DNA from: Pelagomonas calceolata
Taxonomy: Eukaryota
Direction: 5' to 3'
Assembly (NCBI GenBank): GCA_918797485.1
Contig: CAKKNE010000005.1
Span: forward strand, 4,402,001-4,466,000
DNA: 64,000 nt
Shown: in pieces, positions 41,181 through 51,762 of the stretch
Position numbering within the stretch: position 1 is the stretch's first letter
Layout: every line of letters starts with the position of its first letter
Program-made: the position numbers and the translations under genes
Notes under the pieces: model-generated
Seen by the model: only the letters and a program-made list of their open reading frames with translations
Told to the model about the DNA's origin: nothing
Database searches by the model: none

Positions 41181-42479
41181 TCAACCGAGGCTGCCGCGCG
41201 GCTGCGGCGAGACGACGCGCCCCTCCCGGGGCGGCGGCGCGGCCTCGAGGATCGCGTCGGGCGGCGGCGTGACCTTGCGCACGAAGGGCGGCTTCGCGGC
41301 GTCCGCGGGCGCCGGCGCCGCGGCGGCCGCCGCCAAAGCGGCACTGGACCCCCGCAGCGTCTGCGCTTTGCTCCGCGCCCTATGCTTCGCGGGCTTTTCG
41401 CCCGCCGAGGGCCGCGAGTGGTCGAAGGTCAAGCGCAGGAGCGACGCCTGGTCGGGGCCGCCCCGCATGAGCTCGAACCATTCTTCATGACACAGCTCTT
41501 CGACGGTTTTTCGGCGCTCGGGCACGACCTCCAGCAAACCGTTGAGCAAAGCCTGGAGGGGCGGCTCCAGAGGCGGCCGTTCATTCGACCCGCAGCGCAC
41601 TCTCGCCACCGCATCTGCTATGGCCGCGGCGAAGCGATCTACCTTCAATAAATCCTCGTATGCCGGGTACCAGACGGCCCCGAAGAAATCATGCCCAAAA
41701 ATCAGCTCGACCATGACCGCGCCCAACGAGAATAAGTCAGCTCTAGCGCCGTCGTACGCCGGCCGTTGCAACAGTTCCGGCGCGAAGAAGCCCGGGCTGC
41801 CCACGAAGTCCTGGAGCAGCGCGCCGTCCTCCGGGATGTCCGCACACAATCCGAAATCGCATAATTTAACAATGCCGGCGTCGGGGTTCTGGTGCCACGT
41901 GTGCGGGTCGCCGCACACGAGGATGTTCTCGGGCTTGATATCCCTATGAGCGATCTTCGCGTTGTGGCAATGGCGCAACGCTAAGACCAAGATCCGCGTC
42001 GCGCTCTTCACCACATTCTCGGGGCAGCCGCCCGGGTAGTCGTCTATCAATGCATACAAGTCCCGGTCGCCCTTCTCCAGCACGAGGTAGATGTGCGACG
42101 GCGTCTGCATCACGTCGAACAACCGACAGATCCCCGCGTGGTTCGCCGCGCGCATGGCCCTGACTTCCCGATTGACGCGGCTGATGTTCCGCTTCGATTT
42201 CAGTATCGACGAGTGCCTCTGGACCTTGGCCTTGCCGATGACCTTGAGCGCGTACGTCTCGGGATTGTCCGCCTTCCTACACTCCACGACCGTCGAAAAC
42301 TCGCCGTCGCCCAGCCGCCTCAGCACCTCGTACGGCCCGACGCACGTCTCCGTCAGCAGTTTATCCGCGGCCACGGACGGCGGCAGGGCCTCCTGCTGGG
42401 CCCAGGTGGACTCCAGGTCCGTGGGGCTGCCCGTGGCCTGCAGCGCCCGCGGCAGGATCTTTTTGAGTATATTGCTCAT
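41181..42479 (-). CDS. CAMK-group Ser/Thr protein kinase
   Basis: LGDGEFSTV, ALK, HRDIKPEN, DFG and GSPGFFAPE. Confidence 0.95.
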   Translation of the reverse strand: MSNILKKILPRALQATGSPTDLESTWAQQEALPPSVAADKLLTETCVGPYEVLRRLGDGEFSTVVECRKADNPETYALKVIGKAKVQRHSSILKSKRNISRVNREVRAMRAANHAGICRLFDVMQTPSHIYLVLEKGDRDLYALIDDYPGGCPENVVKSATRILVLALRHCHNAKIAHRDIKPENILVCGDPHTWHQNPDAGIVKLCDFGLCADIPEDGALLQDFVGSPGFFAPELLQRPAYDGARADLFSLGAVMVELIFGHDFFGAVWYPAYEDLLKVDRFAAAIADAVARVRCGSNERPPLEPPLQALLNGLLEVVPERRKTVEELCHEEWFELMRGGPDQASLLRLTFDHSRPSAGEKPAKHRARSKAQTLRGSSAALAAAAAAPAPADAAKPPFVRKVTPPPDAILEAAPPPREGRVVSPQPRGSLG

Positions 42480-42986
42480 GCTGGGTCAAGGGGGTGGGAT
42501 CGCCCGCACAGGCAGCCCCGGCGGCGTGCCTGGTCCCTGCACCACTTGGTGTGATTCTTGGCGCCCGGGCGCGCCCGCTGCGCCGGCGTCGGGCCGCCGT
42601 GCGTACGCAGCGCGTCGCTCGAGTTTGGCTGTGTGTCGGAGGGATTTAGCAGATGAGGAACTTGAAGGTCACCTTAGCTCTGACTCCCACGCAGGAGCTA
42701 TGAGTGCAGTACTCGGTATGCTACGAGATTCAGACCAATTCTCCCGCGAACAAGCGAAGGCTCTACTGAAGAAATTGGCCAAAGAAATGGGCTGAGGTCA
42801 ACCGGACTGTCCAAATATATCGGAGGCGTCTTGGCTATGCCTCTTGGCGAGCCGTCGGCCCGAGGACCTGCGCGAGAGGAGCTAGTATCTCTGTGGCTAG
42901 CTTGGCTCTCCCTAATTACAATGCTAATTAGCTAACTCGACACGTCCGGCCCGCTGCATTCAGTACAGAGTGCGTACATCTCTCGA

Positions 42987-43712
42987 ATGAGACCAGCACT
43001 CGCACCCCTGCTACTCGCAGCATCGACTAGCCTGTCAGTCCGCCGCATCACTGCAAAAATGTCTGCGCAAGGCGTGCTCATGACCAAAGCTGGCAAGGAC
43101 GGCGCCCAGGGCGATTGCCCTTTCACGCAGTACGCGGCAATGTCAATGCAACTCGCCGGCGCGACCTACCAATTGCGACCGACGCCGCAAGCGGAAAAGC
43201 CGGCGTGGCACCTCGACGCGCACGGCGGGTCCATGCCCTGCTGGGCGCCAAATGGCTTTGAGGACGGCGCCGACGCGATCGCGGACAGCGGCGGCATCGC
43301 GAAGCACTTCCTGGCACCCTCGGCCACCGACACCGCAGTCCTTGAGTCCGTAGGCGGTCTGTTCAAGGGCATCGCGATGTTACTGAAGAACACCGACGAC
43401 GCGAAGGATGACGAGCTCCTGGCGGGGCTGGCCGAGCAGCTCGACGCGCTCGAAGCCTGCGCCTTCGCGCCGTACCTGTCCGGCGCGGCGCCGGGCCTCG
43501 CCGACGCCTTCGTCGCGACGAAGCTGTACGTGCTCCTCGTCGCCGGCGGTCACTACAAGGGCTTCGTGCTGCCGGAGAGGTATCCGAAGGTTGCGCGCTA
43601 CTGGGCCGCGGTCTCGGCGCACCCGGCCTTCTACAGGACGCGCTACCCCGAGGCGGAGATGCTCCACGGCTGGGGCGAGGCGCGGGGCGAGGGGCCGGGC
43701 TGTGCCGTTTAA
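42987..43712 (+). CDS. Dehydroascorbate reductase (GST/CLIC family)
   Basis: GDCPFTQ active site; KPAW, IADS and LADAFVATKLY. Confidence 0.85.
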   Translation: MRPALAPLLLAASTSLSVRRITAKMSAQGVLMTKAGKDGAQGDCPFTQYAAMSMQLAGATYQLRPTPQAEKPAWHLDAHGGSMPCWAPNGFEDGADAIADSGGIAKHFLAPSATDTAVLESVGGLFKGIAMLLKNTDDAKDDELLAGLAEQLDALEACAFAPYLSGAAPGLADAFVATKLYVLLVAGGHYKGFVLPERYPKVARYWAAVSAHPAFYRTRYPEAEMLHGWGEARGEGPGCAV

Positions 43713-43939
43713 CTGTGTCTGTCCCTATATATAAAGTTCACTTGAGAGAGCTCCGCGATGCGCGTGCGAGTCCTGCTCGGAGCAGAAGCTTCTCCCACTA
43801 GCATGGCAATTCTTCTGGCTCTCGAGCTGCGCCGAGCCTGCGGCTGCCCCGGCGTCGCTCCGGTGTCATTGACGCCGCGAGACTGGCTGCCTGCACGGCT
43901 GCCGCGTAATTCTGCACCCATACTACCGCTCAGTATTGA

Positions 43940-44335
43940 ATGGCGCATTACGGCAGGCGCGTCCTCCAACCGGCGCTGACGGCGTCGTTCAGACGGCAAC
44001 AGATACGGCGGATCCGCGGTCCCGTACGCCGTATTGATCTCCCGGGAGCCAAACTCAAGCGCCCCAAGACGTTCGGTGAAAAGCTTTATGACTGGGCGTT
44101 TCCCGCCGAAACGCCGGACGAGCAGCGATGGCGGGACTACCGGCGCCAACTGGCGGACGACTTCCTGGGACAAACCGACGAAATCATGAGTCTCCACTAC
44201 GGCGGGAAGGGCGACAGAATGGCCCAAGACAACAAACTTATGGGGGAGATAGGCAAGCACGGGAAGACCGAGGAGGAAGCGTGGCGAAACTATTGCGCGA
44301 AATTATTTGATCGTGACCCCAAGGATTTTAAGTAG
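43940..44335 (+). CDS. Hypothetical protein, possible mitochondrial presequence
   Basis: 131-aa ORF with plausible composition; no family recognised. Confidence 0.55.
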   Translation: MAHYGRRVLQPALTASFRRQQIRRIRGPVRRIDLPGAKLKRPKTFGEKLYDWAFPAETPDEQRWRDYRRQLADDFLGQTDEIMSLHYGGKGDRMAQDNKLMGEIGKHGKTEEEAWRNYCAKLFDRDPKDFK

Positions 44336-44389
44336 GACCACGACTAGCCAGAGTCTGGCATCTTCTTTCCCGTTTCCCATTTTCCAACA

Positions 44390-44956
44390 TCACAATTCCT
44401 TATGCTTGTACCGCGCCCCGTCGAGCGCGGCCACGTCCGCGCCGAGGGACCGCATGTCCGCGTCGACGTGGCTCGCCAGGGCGTAGCCGAGGGGCGCCGC
44501 GGCGGCGCAGGCGGCGACGAGCGCCCTCCGGCCGTCCGACCAAGCGGGCTGCACACAAAGAGCCGGCACGGCCGCGGCGGCGCACGCGAGCACGTGGCGG
44601 AGCCGGCTCGCCTCCGCGGGCGCGGACACGCGGACCGCGGCGCGCAGCAGGACGGCCGCCGTGGCGGCGTACATCATCAGGAGCCGGTCGCGAGGGAGCC
44701 CAAGGACCCGCTGGTGCGCTAATGAATATGCGACCGTCGGCTCGCCGGGCGCGGCGATCGTGTCCGGCGCCAGCGCGGCGGCAACGAAGCAGAAGATGGC
44801 CGCGAACGCCATGAAAATCAACGTGATCGTGGCCGCGAGGCGCATCTGTCGCTCGAGCTGCTTCGCGTCGGCGTCGAGCTCGGCCACCAACGCCTCCTGC
44901 TCGTCCTCGTCGAGGAGCTCCGGCTCCTCCTTCTCCGCTGCGGGGCGGCGGCGCAT
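44390..44956 (-). CDS. Hypothetical membrane protein
   Basis: LLDEDEQEALVAEL N-terminus, TM segments and L.GARYKHK C-terminus; GC3 bias. Confidence 0.65.
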   Translation of the reverse strand: MRRRPAAEKEEPELLDEDEQEALVAELDADAKQLERQMRLAATITLIFMAFAAIFCFVAAALAPDTIAAPGEPTVAYSLAHQRVLGLPRDRLLMMYAATAAVLLRAAVRVSAPAEASRLRHVLACAAAAVPALCVQPAWSDGRRALVAACAAAAPLGYALASHVDADMRSLGADVAALDGARYKHKEL

Positions 44957-45117
44957 TGCTGCCGATGCTCTCAAAGCAGCTCACCGCAGGTGCTCGATAG
45001 CGCTCGCGCAGCGGGCCGGCGCAGTACAGAGCTAGTTTCAAAGTGTGCGCGGGATAATGGAGTAGCTCTGTTTCAGCGCTGCAGCCCGAAGGGCTGGCGC
45101 AAAGCAAAGGCGAGGTA

Positions 45118-45140
45118 GCTAGCGCCAGTAAGACACTAGC
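45118..45140 (-). promoter_or_regulatory. CTAG-bracketed upstream element
   Basis: gctagcgccagtaagacactagc. Confidence 0.7.
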
Positions 45141-45208
45141 AAGCACTCGATCGACGCGATCAGAGGAGGAAAGTCTTTACGCGAGAGACTATAAAGGGGG
45201 AAGGGGAT

Positions 45209-45680
45209 CTAGACGACGCCCGGCACGAAGACGTAGGGCACGCGTTTGATATAAGTGTCCCAGTCGGCGCCGTACTTCTCCGCGCAGCGCGCGTCGTCGC
45301 GGACGGCTCTATGGATGATCATGGGCACGAAGAAGCAGACGTACCAGTAGGGCAGCAGGACCTCGAAGCCGCAGATCAGGCCCCAGCATAACGCCTGCAA
45401 TATGTCGGCCATGTAGTGGGGCTTCCTACAATACTGATACCAGCCGTCTACTAGTAGAGTGCCGCCGTTCGACGTCTTGAGGAACTGCGGGTCCTTGAGG
45501 ATCGCCCAGGGCAGCTGCGGGAAGGCTACTCTATCAATCACGACGCCGGCCCTTCTAAGTCGGAACTCGTTCTTTTGGCTGTTCGCTTGGTCAAAGACGA
45601 CGTAGGCCCCTATGAGTAGGGAGAAGCACAGCAACGTGTAGGCCGTCGAGTGTTTTAGAGGTACGCCGTCGTGCGTATCA
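45209..45680 (-). pseudogene. ERG4: C-terminal fragment of an ERG4-type sterol reductase (ERG4/ERG24 family)
   Basis: FDQANSQKNEFR, FPQLPW, LLVDGWY...RKPHY and HRAVRDDARCAEKYG.DW..Y...VPY. In-frame stop just upstream and too little room for the N-terminal two-thirds. Confidence 0.75.
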
Positions 45681-45859
45681 GGGTATGATGAAACCGCTGG
45701 CTGGGAATTCTAATAATCCGCCGGTCTGACGCGGTTTCGCGGTAGCGGCGGCGTTAACGTAAAGTAATGAGACTTTGGTGGCGCCCGGTGGGTCCAAACT
45801 TTGCCGATGGGCCGCGTGGACTGAGTCGCGTGGCTCGATATCTCACTAATCCCGTGCTA

Positions 45860-45882
45860 GCTAGCGGCCTGTAAGACACTAG
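45860..45882 (-). promoter_or_regulatory. CTAG-bracketed upstream element
   Basis: gctagcggcctgtaagacactag, upstream of the ERG4 fragment. Confidence 0.65.
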
Positions 45883-46142
45883 GCAGCAAGCCAGACAACT
45901 CCCTGGACGTTTCATGCGGGTCTTTATCGCCGCTGATTCGCTCGACGACGTGCCGCCCATGATTCGGGCCTAGATGTACCGGGACGGGCCGCCGCGAACG
46001 TGAAGGAGTCAGAAGGACGTCCATGCAGCCATGGCCAGGACCTTGCTCTTCCATGCTCTATCTGCTGGGGTGTTCGGTGCCGAGACAGTCGCGAAGGTGA
46101 AGGAAGAAGGAAGGGAGACAGTACCAAGACGAGCGGCCGAAC

Positions 46143-48050
46143 TTACACCCCGGCGGCGCGCGCCACGAAGTCGGGATAAGACAGGTCCAGGTCGAGCGCC
46201 TCGGACGCGCGATCAGAAACGTGCGCCGCGAGCGTCTTGGGCTTGGGCACGCGCTGCTTCGCCGGCACGCCGCAGACGCGCCGGAGCATGGCCGCGTCCG
46301 CGCGCTGCAGGCGCATGAGCGCCGCCTTGGCCGCCCGGCGCTCGGCGTCGTCGGCCGCCGCGCGCGCGTTCAATGCAGCGACGAGGGCGGGCACGTCGTC
46401 CAGCAAAGCGAACTTGGAGCCCGGGAGGAGCGCCGCCGCCCGCCGCACGCCCGCCCAGCCGCCGCTCGCGTTCACCGCTTGTGTCACTGTAGAGTCGCCG
46501 AGGAACCGCCGCGCGAAGCGTCGCGCCGCGCACGCCTCTAAACTGCGCGCGTGGGGCGCGACGGCCGCGTCCGCCTCCGCGACGGCGCGCGCGAACGCGT
46601 CGCCCTTCGTCGAGGGCGGCGTCGGCGGCGGCGGCGTCTCATTACTACAGTGGTCGAGCGCGCGCGACACGAGCACGGCGAGCGACCGGTCTAAGGCCGA
46701 CTCGGCGACGGCGACGCAGTCCGGCACGAGCGACACCGGTGAGACTGTTCTTGGTGATCGCAAAGCCGCCGCGCGCTCCAGCGCCGCGGGCGTCGAGATC
46801 GGGTCCCGCGGCGGGTTCAGGAGCCGCCGCATCTCGTAGCGCGCCAGGTCGTCGGCGAGCGCCACGGCGCGCTCGCCGAGCTCGCCCGGTTCGCCCATTA
46901 ATGCAGCGTCGAGCTCGCGCGCGTGGAACGCCGCCGCGGCGGTGGTTTGAGAGCGCAGCGCGTCCCTTAATGCCGCGGCGTCGGCGGGCGATTCCTTCAC
47001 GAGAGCGTCGCGCGCCTCGACGAGGGCCTTGACGGCCGCGGCGACGCCGGCCCGGTTCGCCTTGGCCGACCCGCCCGCGCTGAAGTCGTGGTCCGCCCAG
47101 GCCAGGCGCTTCGTCGCAACCGGTGGACTCTGGACGCCGACGCGCTGCGCGGCCTCGGCCCCTTCTATCGCTTGAGCCCAGGCCGCCGCCGCGCCTGACG
47201 TCGCCCCCGACGAGGCCAGCGCCGCCGCCGCGGCCGCCGCGCCCGTCCCGTCATTCACCGAAATCTCGACGGTCTCCGCCTCGGCGTTCGCGCCGAGCTC
47301 AACGGTCTCGTCCTCAGCGTTGTTGGGCTCGTCGTCGCTCCACGCCGCCAGCACGACGCGCGCCTTCTCGGGCGGCGAGTCGTCGCCCAGCAAGCAGCGC
47401 GCGTCCACCGTCCGCCTCCTTCTTCGAGCTTTAAATGACGCGGCCGCGCGGCGCCGCTCCTCGGGCGAGTCCACCAGAGGCTCGTCGTTCTCCTTGTTGT
47501 CCGCTGATGAAACCGGCGCGTCCTCGGCCGACGCCTCGCTCGCGCTCGACGTGCGTTGTTGGATACGCTCCGACCGCCGCGGCGGCTCCTCGTCCTCGTC
47601 CTCGTCGTCGAGCGACATGTCCGAGACGTTGCTCGTCCGCGCCGGGCCTTGTTGGTCTTCCGCCGGCGCCGGTTCAGTTTGTGCGGCCGGCGCTTGCTGT
47701 GGCGGTTCGGCCGGCGTCGGCGCAAACGTCACGGACGGCGTCTGTAGTACCGGCTCGGCCTTCGGTGGCGACCGCCGCGGCGACCGGCGCAGGGGCTTCG
47801 GAGGCGGCGGCGGCGTCGCCCGCGCGGTCTTGAAGGCGTCTTCCGGCTCGGGCCGCCGCGCCGGCGTCGCCTCGACCGGCAGCAGGGCGTCGGGCCTCGG
47901 CGGCAGCGCGGCTGCATCGGGGGCCTCGGCGAGCGCGGCGACGCGGCAGAGGAGCGTCGCCGCTTCGGCTGTCTTGGGCGACACTTCGCCCTCCAGCAGG
48001 GAGAGCGCGGCGCGCGCGAGGACGCTGATTTCGGAGAGTTTGGCCTCCAT
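46143..48050 (-). CDS. Hypothetical protein: disordered Pro/acidic N-terminus, helical C-terminus
   Basis: 635-aa GC3-biased ORF; no family recognised. Confidence 0.7.
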   Translation of the reverse strand: MEAKLSEISVLARAALSLLEGEVSPKTAEAATLLCRVAALAEAPDAAALPPRPDALLPVEATPARRPEPEDAFKTARATPPPPPKPLRRSPRRSPPKAEPVLQTPSVTFAPTPAEPPQQAPAAQTEPAPAEDQQGPARTSNVSDMSLDDEDEDEEPPRRSERIQQRTSSASEASAEDAPVSSADNKENDEPLVDSPEERRRAAASFKARRRRRTVDARCLLGDDSPPEKARVVLAAWSDDEPNNAEDETVELGANAEAETVEISVNDGTGAAAAAAALASSGATSGAAAAWAQAIEGAEAAQRVGVQSPPVATKRLAWADHDFSAGGSAKANRAGVAAAVKALVEARDALVKESPADAAALRDALRSQTTAAAAFHARELDAALMGEPGELGERAVALADDLARYEMRRLLNPPRDPISTPAALERAAALRSPRTVSPVSLVPDCVAVAESALDRSLAVLVSRALDHCSNETPPPPTPPSTKGDAFARAVAEADAAVAPHARSLEACAARRFARRFLGDSTVTQAVNASGGWAGVRRAAALLPGSKFALLDDVPALVAALNARAAADDAERRAAKAALMRLQRADAAMLRRVCGVPAKQRVPKPKTLAAHVSDRASEALDLDLSYPDFVARAAGV

Positions 48051-48463
48051 CGTTAGCTACGCGCGCGCATTTCACGTGCAACGTGTGAACGACGCGCAGG
48101 AGCAGTTGCCCGGTTAGCTACTTCGCAGCGCGCCGCCCGCTCCCGCTACGAGGAAAGCTATATGTAGGCGTTATATGCGCAGCGTGTCACGTGCCAGTTG
48201 TGTCTCACAGGGGAGTAAACAGGCTCTAAAATTCACGTTTGCGCTGGGCCGAAAAACCCGTTTTTTAGGCCCGTTTTTGGCGCTCGCGCCTTGAGGACTC
48301 TTCAGCGGGCGATTCATACACCAAGGAGAGGCCTGGAGACCTTTTGGTGATCTATGCGATTTTCAAGACCGGCGCGCCAGGCTGGTCCAAATGCAGTCTG
48401 ACTGGCGCGTAGCGCTGCGTTTCTGAGCCAGTCGCTTGTTTATCATACATCAATCACTGTGCC

Positions 48464-49962
48464 ATGAGCGCTGCTGGCAGCAATTGGTGGCAGCAGGCCA
48501 AGAAAAGCCACTCCAAGCTGCAGAGCGCTGCCCGCCACAGCGCGCCACTGAGCGCTACCAATGCGGAGGAGGGCTCGCGCTTCGTCGAGTGCCCGGCCTG
48601 CGGCGCATCAATGCACAAAAATAGTTTGAATCACCACCTTGATCTGGACTGCCCGGTACTGCACGGTTACGACGACGGTCCGCGCGCCAGCGACGCCAGC
48701 TCGACGGCCCGCAGCAGCATCCAGTCCGGGCCGCGCGAGAGCGACGCCGCGGCGCCAGCGCGGCCATCCGACGCCTCGCGCTACGCCGCGTGTCCCGTGT
48801 GCTCTGAGTCCGTGCTCCTGAGCGACATGAACTATCACCTCGAGCTGCGGTGCCGCGGGGCTGCCGCGGAGGCACCTGCGGCGCCGGCCGCGGAGGAACT
48901 CGTGGCGGCCGACGCCATCGGCGCGTGCCCGCTCTGCGATCAGAAGATGCCTCTTACTGAAATCGCGGATCACATCGACGCCGGCTGCCCGCCGCGAGCT
49001 GCGGCGGCGCCCTCGCCGCCGCGTGAGAGCCGCGTCCTGGAGGACTTACGCCAGGGCGCGTCGTGTCCCTTATGCATGGACGTGCTTGCTGCGTAGAAAA
49101 CAATTTCGCGGCGCTTCTCGTCGAGGCGACGCCTGCGCGATGGCGTGTGATTTCCACACAGGTCCTCGACGACCCGCACTGCCTCCCGTGCGCCCACGCT
49201 TTTTGCAAGGATTGCATCCTGCGCGCCTTCGAGACGACGCGGCCCGGTCACGGCCACGAGTGCCCAGTCTGTCGCGCGCCGTGCCGAAAGCGCTCGATCC
49301 AGCCGGCGGCGCAGCTTCGCGCATTGGTGGACATCGTGCGCCGAGCGGAGGCCGCATCGGCCCCGGCCGATGCGTCGGACGACGCCGAGGAGGCCGAGGC
49401 CGAGGACGAGGAGGAGGCAGTGCAAGCTCCACCGTCGCCCGCGCCGCCGTCGCCTTCGCCGCCTGCCGCGGCGCCGTCGCCGGTGGCCGCGGCGCCGTCG
49501 CATCCGCCGTCGCCCCTGCCATCTCCTGTGAGATCGCCTGAGGAGGAGGCGACCCTCGCGCGCGTCCGGGGCAACCTGGCGCGGGCGCTCGCCGCCGAGC
49601 CGCCCCTTGCGACGTCGCCGGCGGCCCCGGCATCACCGGTGGCCGCGGCCTCGCCGGTGGCACCGGCATCACCGGTGGCCGCGGCCTCGCCGTCGCCACC
49701 AGTGGAATCGTCGCCGCCCGCGGAGTCGCTGCTCGCGCGCCGGCGCGCCGCCCAGGGCGCTCCGGACGAGGACTCTTCTCCCCCGGCCGCGGAGCCGTCG
49801 CCGGAGCCATCGCCAGAGCCGTCGCCGTCGCCGAGCCCGGAGCCGCTCGCGCGCCGGCGGCCGCGCCGGGCCGCGGCGCAGTCGTCGGACGCGGCGCTCG
49901 CCCGGCGGCTCCAGGACTCGGCCGTCGAGGCGGCGACGCGGAAGAGGACGCGTCGGAGATAG
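48464..49962 (+). CDS. Three UBZ4-like zinc fingers plus C3HC4 RING (putative DNA-damage E3 ligase); intron 49082-49161
   Basis: CP.C...N.HL...C three times; the spliced RING reads CPLCMD|VLDDPHCLPCAHAFCKDC...CPVC. Confidence 0.85.
49089..49161 (+). mobile_element. Degenerate mini-introner interrupting the RING domain
   Basis: ctgcgtagaaaacaa...gcgacgcctgcgcgatggcgtgtgatttccacacag; decayed TSD gtgcttg/gtcctcg. Confidence 0.8.
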
Positions 49963-49982
49963 TAATAGTGTGTCTTAATGAG

Positions 49983-51299
49983 CTACTGGGGCGGGACGGG
50001 CAACCCGCTCCGCTCGGCATCCAACGCGGCCTTGATCGACGCGGCCGTCACCCGACCGCTTGCCGTCGCACGGGCCACGACCGCGTCCACCTCCGCCGAC
50101 GCGGCCCCGGCCTGGACCGCGAGGTTCTTCGCGTGGAGTTTCATGTGCCCCTGTTGGATGCCCACCGTCGCCAGCGCTCGTAAGGCACCGAGGTTCTGGG
50201 CGATGCCCGCCGCGGCCAACACCGTACCTAGCTCCGTGGCCGTTTTCACGCCCAGAAGCTTGACGCACGCGCGCGCGCACGGATGTACTCTAGCTGCCCC
50301 ACCGATCAAACCGACGGGTGCCGGCATCTCAATATACCCAACCAAGTCGCCGTCACCATTCCGCGACCACGCCACGAACGGCGCGACGCGCCCGTGCTTA
50401 TAAGACGCGTACGAGTGGCAGCCGGCTTCGACGGCGCGCCAGTCCTGGCCCGTCGCGACGGCGATCGGCGAGATGGCGTTCATGACGCCTTTGTTGTTCG
50501 TCGCCGCGCGGAACGGGTCCGCCTTGGCGAAGGCGTACGCATCCAGGATCCCATTTATTATGGACCGGCCCTCTTCCTCATCACCGGACGTTGACAACTC
50601 TTTGGCGGTAAAAACACCGTTGACCCGCGCCAAGCGATGCACGGCCAAGTTGGAAATGATCTTCAGCACCACAACACCTTTGCAGAGCTCCCCAACTTCG
50701 GGTCCGATCGTCTCGCACATCGTATTGACGGCGTTCGCGCCCATCGCGTCGCGGCAGTCGACCAGTAAATGGACAATGAGCATGGTGCCGGCGTCCGTTT
50801 CCAGCACGCGCGCCTCCACGTCCCGACACCCACCTCCAAACTTCACTAATATAGGGTCGACACTGTTGGCCATTTCGATCAGCTTCGTTTTGTTCGCTAG
50901 AATGGCGTTTCTCGCTACTTGTGCATCGATCTTCAACCGACACACTTGGATCTGGCCGATCATGACCGGCGGCGTGCAGTCCGACGTGAAGCCGCCCCGC
51001 GCGTGGCAGCGCTTGGCCATGTTCGACGCGGCGGCGACGACCGACGGCTCCTCCAGCGCCATCGGCACGACGTAGTGCTTGCCGTCGATGATGAAATTGG
51101 TAGCTACTCCTAACGGTAGGGAGTAGGTCCCGATGACGTTCTCGATGATGCGGTCCGCGGCCTCATCGCTCAGTTCGCCGGCGGCCGCGACCGCCTCCCT
51201 TTCTTCGTCGTTCAAGCCGGCGAGGTCGCAGACCGTGGTCCGGCGCTCCTCTACGGACTTCTTGAAGAAGCCGGGGAGGCGCGAGCTCGTGACTGGCAT
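49983..51299 (-). CDS. mvaA: Class II (prokaryotic-type) HMG-CoA reductase
   Basis: ENVIG...PLGVA, EEPSVVAAAS, DAMGANAVNT, ISNLA, DPFRAATNNKG, QDWRAVEAG and GIQQGHMKLHA; no membrane anchor. Confidence 0.93.
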   Translation of the reverse strand: MPVTSSRLPGFFKKSVEERRTTVCDLAGLNDEEREAVAAAGELSDEAADRIIENVIGTYSLPLGVATNFIIDGKHYVVPMALEEPSVVAAASNMAKRCHARGGFTSDCTPPVMIGQIQVCRLKIDAQVARNAILANKTKLIEMANSVDPILVKFGGGCRDVEARVLETDAGTMLIVHLLVDCRDAMGANAVNTMCETIGPEVGELCKGVVVLKIISNLAVHRLARVNGVFTAKELSTSGDEEEGRSIINGILDAYAFAKADPFRAATNNKGVMNAISPIAVATGQDWRAVEAGCHSYASYKHGRVAPFVAWSRNGDGDLVGYIEMPAPVGLIGGAARVHPCARACVKLLGVKTATELGTVLAAAGIAQNLGALRALATVGIQQGHMKLHAKNLAVQAGAASAEVDAVVARATASGRVTAASIKAALDAERSGLPVPPQ

Positions 51300-51762
51300 G
51301 GCTGCTTCTTTTTTTGGCTGAGTGCTGTGCAGTAATCTCTCCACGCGCGCAGCGACAGCGAAATTTGGCTTGGCAGGTTTGCAGAAGCAGTGATGCGAAC
51401 CTGTGGACAGCTTTCGCGCAACTGTGGCTATGTATGTCGCGTGTTTTGAGGCTTTGGCGCGGGCCGCAAACTTCTCAAACCCGATTTAAGTGCGCACGCA
51501 AAAAACAGAAGATCCTTACAAAACGACAATCACGCTTCGAAAGGACTCCAATCAGCTCGAATGCGGAGCCGGGGCCGGCCGGGGCCGGACAAGTTCTCCC
51601 ACTCTGGAGCTGCTGCTGTGTGAAGCGCTGCAAGAAATCAATCGCCGCGCGACCGCGGGAGGCTGCCCCAACACCACGAACGCCGCGTCGCAACGTGCCC
51701 CCACGCGTGAACGCAACCAGCACCAAACACCAACACAAAAGCACAGCAGCCCAAACACCACT

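Noticed and set aside
46143..48050. Formin/CHUP1-like assignment for the Pro-rich protein
   Set aside because: No diagnostic FH2 or CHUP1 motifs recognised; left as hypothetical.
45209..51299. Sterol biosynthetic gene cluster (ERG4 plus HMGR)
   Set aside because: ERG4 is only a fragment and two unrelated genes intervene; proximity is probably chance.
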